Shown here: one piece after another, positions 23,936 through 34,644 of the stretch
How positions within the stretch are numbered: the stretch's first letter is position 1
How the letters are laid out: each line of letters opens with the position of its first letter
Source of the DNA: Vermamoeba vermiformis
Lineage: Eukaryota
DNA: 64,000 nt
Assembly: GCA_045837725.1 (NCBI GenBank)
Contig: JBEWZL010000306.1
Span: 62,001 to 126,000 of the forward strand
Reading direction: 5' to 3'
Made by a program: the position numbers and the translations under genes
Notes under the pieces: generated by a model
Databases searched by the model: none
Told to the model about the DNA's origin: nothing
Seen by the model: only the letters and a program-made list of their open reading frames with translations

Positions 23936-25144
23936 TTACAAGCCTTCAAACAGTCCAAGTGCATACAAATGTGGTGCCGTGTGTCGACATTGAATGCCGT
24001 TCTCGTGCATGTATTCCAAGCAGTCTATGCGAGACAGTTCTGTTGCCACGTCGCACGCTTTGTAGTCCCAATGCGCTCCATTCTCGTGCGCGTAAGTCAA
24101 GCACTCTAGTGATCCGTACGATGCTGCATTTTCGCACGTAGCTTCATCCCATCCAGCACCGTTCTCGTACGCGTAGATCAGGCACTCTAAATTACCGGCG
24201 GCAGCTCTCGAACACACGCGATCGCTGAACGGACAGCCGTTCTCGTGAGCATAGACCAACATGTCAAAGTGACCCAAGGAAGCGCTGAGGTCAGTCACTA
24301 CTTCGTGCCATTCAGCGCCGCTCTCGTGCACGTACTGCAACACTTTAAAATTGCCGGAAAGTACTGCCTCGCGACAGATGTAGACGCTGTTCCAGCCACA
24401 TCCGTTTTCGTGCGCGTACTTTAAGCACTCGAAATGACCGTACTTGACTGCATTGAAGCACACATCTTCGTTCCACGGATGTCCGTGCTCGTGCAAGTAC
24501 TGCAACACTGGCAAATGGCCGTGCTTGGCTGCGAGTGAGTAGGCAACATTGTCTAACGGACAACCGTTCTCTAGAGCGTACTTCAAGCAAGTAACATGCC
24601 CGTTCATTGCCGCACGTGCTGTAGTATCGCTGCTCCATTGGCAGCCGTTCTCGTGAAGGTAGATCAAGACATCGATTTGTCCGCCCATTGCTGCCATAGC
24701 GCAAGTCTTCTCGTTCCATTTTGAGCCAGTCTCTCTTGCAAATTGAAGTCGCGAGAAGTAGCCATTGTACGCAGCGAAGTTGGCCCTGGTCCACATTGAA
24801 TTTTGGGTCAAGCAGAGATGCAACAGCTCGAGGTCTTCAACTCCTTTCAAATGTTCTTGCAATAAATCTCTACATATATTATTCAACTCTTTGCATGATT
24901 GTGATAGCATGTCGCAATTATGAATTAATTGGACGTAATCGTTTTCTTCTTTCGGATTAAAATTCATATATCGCACAATAGCAAGAATTATCTCCATGGG
25001 AAGTGCCAAAAAATCAATTCCTATATTTCCATCATTTTCTGCTAATTTTTGCTCGTTTGTAGACGCGCTGTCCAGAGATTGGTTGCAGATGCGCGCCTTT
25101 TTGGAGGGCTTCTCGCTATCCTCGTGCGCACTCTTTCTTTTCAT
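23936..25144 (-). CDS. Intronless F-box-like + ankyrin-like repeat protein
   Basis: Single ORF from MKRKSAHE; FLALPMEIILAIVRYM is F-box-like; about ten ~25-aa repeats of the form AAxxGHxxCLxYAHENGCxW. Confidence 0.85.
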   Translation of the reverse strand: MKRKSAHEDSEKPSKKARICNQSLDSASTNEQKLAENDGNIGIDFLALPMEIILAIVRYMNFNPKEENDYVQLIHNCDMLSQSCKELNNICRDLLQEHLKGVEDLELLHLCLTQNSMWTRANFAAYNGYFSRLQFARETGSKWNEKTCAMAAMGGQIDVLIYLHENGCQWSSDTTARAAMNGHVTCLKYALENGCPLDNVAYSLAAKHGHLPVLQYLHEHGHPWNEDVCFNAVKYGHFECLKYAHENGCGWNSVYICREAVLSGNFKVLQYVHESGAEWHEVVTDLSASLGHFDMLVYAHENGCPFSDRVCSRAAAGNLECLIYAYENGAGWDEATCENAASYGSLECLTYAHENGAHWDYKACDVATELSRIDCLEYMHENGIQCRHTAPHLYALGLFEGL

Positions 25145-25553
25145 TATAAAATTGTAATGAAGTTGCGAGTGACGTTGATTGAGCTCGGCTTTTGAACCAA
25201 TCAAGTCCTTATAAGGCTTCTCGAGCAATCTTGCGCTTGCTGGTTAATAATACTTTAATTATGCCATTGTGTTGATTTTTTGTTGTGTTTGTGCGTTCTC
25301 ATTGCTTAATCTCTGACTTTTCCGTCGAGGCAATAAAAATCTCCCGTCACGAGTTGTTGAAGCGATTCTCGACCTAAGATTTCAAGATTCGCATTAGAAT
25401 CTCCGCAGCTGTGATTTAACAGATATTATTTTAAATTCTTCCCGTATTTTTAGTTACTATTCGGCTTCCTATTCTTTTGGGATACCGGAGATAAATCGGG
25501 TGATAACTATCAGTCATTGAATAACAAAACTACGAACTCCGCACTCCAACAGT

Positions 25554-26590
25554 ATGGGTAATTCAAAGAGTCAAAGACCTGAAGAGAACAGGGAGGTGGT
25601 GGCAGAGCAGATCGAACCACCTGAGTAAGTCTCCGTAAACACCCTTACAAAGCCAGTCAATTTTAACACTCGTGGTATAGAGTCACTATTAATATTGCAA
25701 TTATTGGAAACAGTGGTAAGTATTTAAATCTTGATCTAAATTTGTACTGACCTCAATCGCGAAAGGCGTTGGAAAAACAGCAATACCGCTTCGCTTCAAG
25801 GTAATTCAAAAAATTTTAAGCACCACTCGTTGTCCAGCCTTTAGCGCCACGAATTATATTAACAGAATTATTTTCAGCAAGGAACATTTGTGGAGCCTCC
25901 GCTTACAATAGGCACGGATTGGATAGAGATAGATTATCGAATTGACGGCAAGCGAGTTAGATTTAGGCTCGTAAGTTGATTAAAAAGGCATTTGGATCTA
26001 GAGGTCGCTAATCTAATCAAAAATGTAGCGCGACACTCATGGCATGGAACGCTTCCGCAGCCTTAATTGGTCCTTTTTCCATCAATTAGATGTCATTTTA
26101 ATCACGTTTGATGTGTCAAATCGCGAAAGCTTCGATCATATTGTGAGTATTTGGTACCAGCAAGGCAGCAAATCTTCAAATCCCAGAACATGCATTGCCT
26201 TCGTTGGGAATAAGACAGTAAGTAATACGTTACTATATAAAGCATAAGTGGACTCCGATTTCGAGTTGTGGATCTTTCATTAAAAAAATTGAGATGAGAT
26301 CTAGTTAGCTCTTAACTGACGTTAAATTTGATAGGATTTACCTCACATGGTTACGAGTGACGAACTCGAGGTAAGTTTAGCTTTAAAGTTCATTATCAGC
26401 TCGATCTCGAATTGAACTGAACTCTATTTTGCAGGCTACAGCAGCTCCATTAGGCTGCGCAAGCATAATGTGCTCGGCAAAAGATGGAACGAACATTGAA
26501 GAGCTGTTCAAGCTCTGTTATGTTAAGGGTTTAGAAAAACAGGAAGCGGATCGGCTGTGCTACGCCACGAACAATAACGGGACCGCGTAA
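25554..26590 (+). CDS. Divergent Rab-like small GTPase, 7 exons
   Basis: Spliced G1 GNSGVGKT, G2 TIGTD, G3 DTHGMERFRS, G4 GNKTD, G5 SAK. Confidence 0.85.
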
Positions 26591-26908
26591 AATATTGCCG
26601 AATAATTATTATTATTTATGTAAAATAAAATGCCCTGAGCATGGTGTATCAATAAGTTAATAAATAATTTTCATAAGTGAATAATGCCTGACGGCAGAAT
26701 TCCAAAGTTGATTGTGTCAATATTAAGACAATATATAATATGTTCGCACTCGGTAATTAAATTAGATTTTACCTTCAAGGAATCAAAACTGACGACGATC
26801 AGATCGTTTCACGTTTCTCGTGGAATCAGAGCTAGTTCTGGACTTATTTCCGCTTAAATTCTATTCATTTACATGCAACAAGCCTAGTAAGCCTAGTTGT
26901 GTTGCGGT

Positions 26909-27998
26909 GGGAGGCGATAAGAAATTACACTGCTGAAACTTACGTGTAATTTATTTTCGTGCAGTGTAAAAATTACACGGACGTGTAACAGTGTAATTTT
27001 TACACGGCACGGCCGTATAAATATGTGATAAAACAGCATCTAAAGAGTTTATTTACATTAAAGTAAGCTAAGGGCTTCACAATACCACCAGATGCAACCC
27101 GATTCTTGAAAAATACCTGTTATTTTCTAAAGTAAGCTACACAGAGTGTTTATGCTTAAATTAGCCATTCATCCAGGTGTTTAATACGTTGGTATATGGT
27201 TGCTAGGTCTTGAAAAGTGAATCGCTGGTGCTGTGCTCTAAATCAGGAAATTATAGATCGAGATCCGGTTCGAGAAGTGCATCTCATCATTTCTTACTAT
27301 TATCCAAGGGTTGATTGGCATCTATTTGGTGACAGGAGATAATATTGAGTGATCTTGGGATGTGTGTCCAGCACTGATCTTGCAAAGTCCAACTTAACAT
27401 CTCCATAACAATCACTACATCGCAGATGGTATTTGCCGGCAAATATGCAAATAAAATCACAACTATAAAGCCAGATTTCAGCTTGAGACGCGCTACTATT
27501 TCATCGATAATCAGCACCAACAAATCTTGCGCGCTTTCGTTTTCACGGGCTTAGCTGGCGACACTATGTCAACTTGTGCCTGTTCTTGCTCTAAAATTAA
27601 ATAATAATTTTAAAAATACGTTAATAGCCGTTATAATAGGGTGGAGTTACCTGTTGTGCTACAGGAGCAAACGGATGTTGGACTAGGTGTCAGATCGGCA
27701 TCAATTCTGTCCGCAATTTTTTCAGCGATTTGTCTTGTGGTAATTATGTTATGAAAATTGAAGGTAAATTTTATGCCTAAGCTCGCTTTGGTCTTTTTTT
27801 GCTTGGGCTGACGCAGATGGAGCGTTCTTCTGTCATTATACGCCTCTTCTATATAAAATATGGCCTATTTCTGATTACACGGTGGTTTTTTGCCGTGCAC
27901 GTGTAATAAATTACACTGTTACACGTCCGTGTAATTTTTACACTGCACGAAAATAAATTACACGTAAGTTTCAGCAGTGTAATTTCTTATCGCCTCCC
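26909..27998. mobile_element. Non-autonomous DNA transposon with long TIRs (Mutator-like by TIR/TSD form)
   Basis: TIRs GGGAGGCGATAAGAAATTACAC... perfect for 91 bp, imperfect to ~105 bp; 8-bp direct repeat GTTGCGGT at 26901-26908 and 27999-28006; no intact transposase ORF. Confidence 0.9.
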
Positions 27999-28057
27999 GT
28001 TGCGGTGCTGGTCCGCTATTCGAAAAAGAACAAAGTTTATTTTTGTTATCAGATCCA

Positions 28058-29879
28058 ATGAGGCGACTACGGTTCTCGCAAGTGCCTATATTGCGAAATA
28101 GGCGGCTACAATTCGCCGTGGTGGTCACTTTCTTATTTATCTTCTTTTATATGCGACCGTCTGATCACACATTAGAAATAGTTACGGATGTTGCTAAACA
28201 GTTGTATAATGGCACAATAATACCTGACGATGTTCCTTTTAGCTTAGATAAATACCCAGGCAAGTATTTGCAAATTTGAAATAATTCCAACGGATCGACA
28301 ACGAAATGGATGACGTTGATAGTCAGTTACAATAAACAATAATAAATTATTTTGAATATTTTAAAATACATCATAATTATTTTGAGTTATTACATCGATG
28401 TTTCAAGCAAAAATACTAAATATAATTTATTTTTAATTAGAGTGGGCCAAAAATGCGGTTGATTTAGGTTTTGTCCTGCCTGTATATATATGGGACGCAG
28501 TATTATGGAATAACTCGAATTCTATCGCATTTCTCGCGCCAACGGCAACAAGAAAGTGGGTGGATCGACATCCAAAGCCTAAGATTACTTATCCAGAGGC
28601 TTACTTCAAAATGAAATGCATATTTGGAGATAGTGCGTCGTATACAGGTAAGAATTTGCCTAATATTACTCATGACAGTACGCGATCGAAATCCACTTTG
28701 CTTGTTAACCAAGTTTTTGCCTTGGCGACAAAGTTCCGTCAAAATTGGTACTAATAATTATTTATAGATGTTACCGTCATACCTGATGAGCATCATAATA
28801 TTTGGATTTTAAGCTGCGATCTCTCGACAAAAGAACAAGACTTCCTGCAGAAGAACCAAGAAGTACGAGTCTCGTTGCTGGATCTGAACTTAGGTGTGCA
28901 ATCCAAGAACTACATGGTCAAGTCATTCGCAAAGACAGAGAAGAAGCATAAAATAGCAGCATGTACGATGATCATGAACGAAGAGAAATACATTGCCGAA
29001 TGGATCGAGTACATGCAGCTAATGAAAGTGACTAAATTCTATTTTTACGACAACGGAAGTACTGATAAGACGTAAGTACCAAACAAGGCCTCAATAAGTG
29101 AGATCCGAAAAACGACATCCAAATTCAATTTCGTTCGTTTGCCTCCTTTTTACTACATAATATATTAACTTGGCTATTATAGATTGAAAGTATTGCAGCC
29201 CTATGTAGATCAAGGCTTAGTAACAGTCGTGGATTGGTCCATGTACCCGTACAAGACGAGCAAGTTCAACTCGCAGATTATGGCCTTCAACGACTGCGTG
29301 TACAGATTTAAAGACTACAGCGAGTTTCAATTGCAATTCGATGTGGATGAGTATCCTTTCTCAAAGAGTGAAGACATTGAGGATCTCGATCAGCTGATCG
29401 AAAAGTACAAAGAAGAGGAACCTGAGTTTGGGCAGCTCCTATTGACTGTAAGTACATATGTTATCATATTATAGTCATGAATAATTCTTTAGATTGCAAA
29501 CTAATCGTGAGCGCATCCGTTACAAATCGATTCAATACTAACTCTTCAATTATAGTTCATGTACTTCGGCACCAATGAATGGGATGACTCAAAACTAGTC
29601 ACAGAAGCATATTGGAGATCGTTACATTGGCCTGGACACCCTGGCAACGCTCTCGGGTATCACCGCAAGCCTATTCTGTGGCTTCAGCACCTCAAAGCCG
29701 TCTCTATTCATACTTTGACTACTGGCGGTCATAGTGTCTACGTTAACGGAGAAAACGAAATGAGAATTAATCACTACTGGCACGGATCTCGTGGCGCTGC
29801 AAAAGGCTTGAACGAGAAATTCGATGACTCCATGAAGAGCTTCGTGGAAATGCTCAAACAACGTCTAGATAGAGAGTAG
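28058..29879 (+). CDS. Type II membrane glycosyltransferase, GT92/DUF23-like
   Basis: N-terminal TM; IAACTMIMNEEKYIAEWIEY..FYFYDNGSTD, QIMAFNDC, FDVDEY (DxD), INHY; GC-AG intron 28260-28440. Confidence 0.85.
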
Positions 29880-30121
29880 GACCTACATTGTTTCGCATTA
29901 CGACCTGGCAATGTTTACACGTGTAAATAAATTTGTATTCTTTGTTTTCGTCGATCGGCTCGTTCGCAACATTGCCATTAATCTAGATGCGAATAATTCA
30001 TATTTAGTTCGCGGCAAACTGCGTATCGAGACCGTCGTACATACCTCCGAGCTTCAAAGTTCCTTTGCGTCGCATAAAAAAATATTAAATATTGCGAGTC
30101 ATTTTACCAAATTTTTCAAGA

Positions 30122-32825
30122 ATGGAACCCATGCAAGACATAAATGATGAAGGACCAGGTTCTTACAGGTTCTTTGATATACTCTCAGACGAGCTAGCCC
30201 TGAATATATTCAAGTTCTTGGATCTCCGCTCTTTATTTGTCTGTTTGGGCGTAAACCACAATTTTCGTCGCTTAATATGTGACCCTAGTGTTGGCGTGGT
30301 AAGTGAATCATATATCATCGTAAATACCTCTTTTGAAATTCTGTCGTTAATTTCGGTTTCAAAAAATATTTGTAAAAATTACATCCAGCTAAAACAACCC
30401 GAAACTCTTTTCAAAATATTGAAGATATATAGAATAATCATTGGTCAAAGTATTAATAATTTTCCGTTTCAGAAAGAAGGAATGATAGATGCAGCTTTCG
30501 AATACATTGACAGGCATCAATATATAAAATCAGTAGTAAGTAAAATTAATACGAGTACTCACGAACATATTATTTATTTACTTATTATCGAATTTAGAAT
30601 GTTTTAAATACGCTGTTACAAGTGTTTCCGCAGTCTTACGAAGCTTGGAAAGAAAGAAGCGTTTGTTGGGTGGATCTAAATGAAACAGAAAAGGCATTAC
30701 CTGACTTATATACAGCACTTAAAGTAAGTACTTCTATGGCAATTACAAATTTTTTTCGTTGCAGTAATTTTGATTCATGAAACAATTTAGTGTTGTACGG
30801 ATCCAGCTTATGCTCACATGATCAAATCGCATATTTATTGGCTTAAAGACGATCTAGAAAAGGCGTTGGAAGAGATGCACAAAGCAGTCGAGCTAAATCC
30901 GAAAGAACCACGATTTTATCATTTCAGAGGTACGCTTTCTAAGCTCTATATCTTTTTAGATCCGGTTGTTATTGAAAAAAGACGAAACGTCGATTCATAT
31001 TAATCTGTAAAGATGAAATTTCTCCGCGAGCAATCAATACTCCGGATCTGCTCACAAAATTCCCAAACACAATTGAATTGAATAGCTATCGTAGTATATT
31101 GATATACTTAGGATTACATTGCATTACAATATAATATACTAATAGAGATTTCGATATATTTTGTTCGGAGATGTTCCTGTTAGAACTATTGCGTTTTAAA
31201 TGTTTTCCGATGCGTGAGATTGCAAATCGTTAATCTGGGCTTTTCGTATAGTAATTTACTCGTTTAATATCTATCATTTGAATAATAAAGTGATCTATAC
31301 GTAATTTACGTCTTTTTTTTCGGTCACAGATCTTCGTTTAATTAGCGACTAACCGCTAGCTATATGATGAAAAGTAGCTTGACTAACGAACCTATATTTA
31401 GCTTATATAAGATCACTTATGGCGCGAAGTAACAACAAGGTGCTGTCCGAGAGCGAGATTGGTGACTACGAAATAATTTTAGGACTTCCTTATAAGGTAA
31501 TTTCTTTTTGAATTGTGCGAATGTGACGTGTATTTACGTCTTTTACAGCGCCAAGCCATCATTTACAGCAATTTAGGCAATGTCTATTGCGCCCTCGAGT
31601 AAGCATTGCTATTTTTTAAAATTTCGATAGACTAACTTTCGGCGATCGTCCAGACAATATGAGAAGGCGTTATTGTTTTTCGAGAAAGCTAATGAGATGA
31701 GACCACAACTGATCGATGGTTACCACAACAAAGCAGTTCTACACTGGAAGTCAAACAATTATCAACGAGTAAGTTTTATCGGATTATATTGCGACTATCA
31801 TTTACTACCGTATATACGATCATATTATAGGCCCTGTCAGAATGTCAAAAGATGTTGGATATCAATCCGGATCTCGTCGATGCCTATTCATTTTGTGGAC
31901 GGTGTGTACCTTTCCGAGCACACCATTGAATTAATCGGTCGCTAATTTATAATGTAGGTGTTATCTATATTTGCAAAAATACCACGATGCGTTCATGTGC
32001 TATATGAAGTGCTTAGGAATGTCTCCTGACAGCATCTTTGATCTGAGCATGTGCACGAGTCTCGGTATAAAACTAGGAAAAGTCGCTCTAACGCTCGAGA
32101 CACTTTACCGGCTGTGCAATATTTATCAGACCACAATCGTACAATTGCAAGAGAAGTATTTATTGCTATTAGCTGAGGACATCAAGAACAAAGAAGACGT
32201 CACTGGACTGCCGCACGAGGTGTCAAACTTGGTCGAGTTTGAAGAGACGGAAGATGATTGGATCGCCAATAACGCCGCAGACAAGCCAGAATGCGCGAGA
32301 GTGCCGTCGTATTTTGTGATGGAACGCTTGAAAGAGTACTGCAAGCTGTTTAAATTCACCAAGAAGAAGATTTGCGAGTTATTATTTTTGACGTGCAGAA
32401 GCGACGAGGCACGAAAAGAAGTCGAAGAGTTGAAGAAGGTATCAAAGCTGTTCACTTTCATCGAACAGTTCTTGCTGCCCCTCGACATGAGCCTCATTAA
32501 GAAAAAAGTGCGAACTATAGGAGAGCTATTATTATACACGGAAACAGTGCAGCAACAGCAGTACCGACAAATCATGGAGGAGATTAAGAAGTTTGGCGAC
32601 GTTTTAGATAATAGCCACGAGATGTTGTACGTGCTGTCGTGTTATGTGGTTAAGACGGGCTCGTTGTGGATACCAGCTGTATCATTCTTAGATATGGACG
32701 CATTTTGGAAGAGCTTGAAAGACAACGCGAATCCGCTGTTTTTGGAAATGAGCAAGAATGCGTTCAGATTCCTCAATTATTATGCCTTTTGGCGAACAAA
32801 TAGACGCTTGCCCGAAGAGCCATAA
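30122..32825 (+). CDS. F-box + TPR repeat protein
   Basis: FDILSDELALNIFKFLDLRSL F-box; TPR-like exons such as LEKALEEMHKAVELNPKEPRFYHFRG and IYSNLGNVY. Confidence 0.75.
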
Positions 32826-32950
32826 TAGTGTACTAATAACGAGAATAAAATTAATAAAGGACTATTTAAAATTCGGTTGCAAAGTTTCTGATTTTTCATC
32901 TCAAAAAGACACTGCAAGCACGTCTCCGTTATTATTGTTCAACTAGTGAC

Positions 32951-34332
32951 ATGGAAGAAAAGAAAAAGAAGGTTGAGTCGCAAAAGGTGGCTCCAGAAAA
33001 AAAAGCAAAGGCCGAGAAAGAAGCCAACCTGTCAGACAAGTCATTGTCAGCATCTGAACCTCCTCCAAAAGCTGAAGCAAAAAAAGGTATTACTTAAGAC
33101 AATTAATTGCAAATATTAAATTCGAGGCGCTTGGAAATATTTAACCCGAAATTCAAATAATAATTCAAATAAATGAAGATCCTGGTAATATTACCTTAAT
33201 ATATTAAGATTGATCAGCGCTATATATTTAAACAAAGTAAAATATATGAAAAATAATTACAATTATTTTTAGCGCCAGCTGCAAAGCCAAAACAAAATGG
33301 CACAGCGCAACCTAACGCCCCTGCAAAGAAAGCCAAGAAAAAAATAGAAGATACTCCACTTACAACTAGTGATGCAATGCAGTCTTATTTCAACGGTAAT
33401 ACACCTCGCTCAGGCGCTGATCCCTCGATCCATACACTGATCTTTGTCTTTCAGGCTTTACTGAGATTAGTCAGTTCATTGATACGGCTATAAAAAGAAT
33501 GCTTGGTTCCAGGGACCTCGTAATTAGCTCATTTCAATCGTTAGAGAGCCGCGTGAATGAACTTGAATCAAAAATAGCGGTGCGTAGCTGAGGCATTAAG
33601 GCTTGTGTTCGATAATAATTAATGTTACAAATTTTAGACGCACCAAGCTACTATCAAGGACCTACGAGCTGAAAATCAAGTGTTGGCTGAGAAGGCTAAT
33701 TTCGCTGACCATGTGACCGTAGAGAACATTCACTTGTTGAAAGAGATTGCTGAGCTGCGAAGTGATAATCAAAAGCTCACTAAGGTCGCCAATCTCAACA
33801 AGGAGATCAGCTCAAAACTTGAAACAGCCGCGAAGGTGAACAAGGAACTGACGAGCAAAGTCGCGGAACTGAAGGCTGAAAAAGAACAAGAAACTGCCAA
33901 GCTGATGCAAGAGATTGATAGAATCGTCGAAGAAAAAAGCAAACTGGTCGAAGAGAATTTGAGATTTCTCGGAAGTAACTTGGACGATTTACCTCTCGAC
34001 GAGCTACGTGCCCTTGAACTCGAGATCCGTAGCATTCATCAGAACATTCAACGAGCTAAAGTAAGTTCTATTGACATTGGATGAATATGATCTTAATAGG
34101 ACTATAGGATAAACGAGAAGCTGAAGAAACTCTTTGTGTTGTCTGCTTAGAGAAGCCAAAAGTGATGGCGTTCTCTGGATGTGGCCACAGGTATGTATTC
34201 GACCGACTTTACGCTCCATCCACAATGCCATTAACAGAAACTATTAGATGCGTTTGCGAAGTGTGCGCAGTGCCCTTGAAAGAGTGCCCAATGTGCAGAA
34301 AACCAGGTGCTCCTATCAAGATCTTCTTTTAA
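32951..34332 (+). CDS. Coiled-coil protein with C-terminal C3HC4 RING finger (putative E3 ligase)
   Basis: Spliced CVVCLEKPKVMAFSGCGHRCVCEVCAVPLKECPMCR; heptad-rich ORF 33680-34084. Confidence 0.82.
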
Positions 34333-34644
34333 CACCGCCTTACCACATCAGCTTATACGACAATGTAACTGCGAGTAACTGAGACTAAGACTGCGCATCT
34401 AAACTCACCGTCTATTGTACGTTACGATAATATAAGTAAATGGATCTCATTTCAAGGTGGTGTACGTTATGCTCGTCTATTAAACGGCGAAATAGTGCAG
34501 AACTTCCATAGTTAATGAAACGGAATTGCTTTAGCATCGCGCTGGGTCACGTGGTTTTATCAAGTTTATGGCGGAATTGGCTTTGCGAAAGCATAGGCAA
34601 GGTTGTTCGCAATTATTGACTGTTATTTTTTTTTTCTTACAAGA

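Noticed and set aside
26920-27010. GTGTAA/TTACAC repeats as CRISPR or telomeric repeats
   Set aside because: Irregular spacing, both orientations, no spacers; they are internal to the transposon TIRs.
29351-29358. GTATCCTT U12-like donor in the glycosyltransferase
   Set aside because: Lies in coding sequence (DVDEYPF) with an open frame, no U12 branch site downstream, and a normal GTAAGT donor follows.
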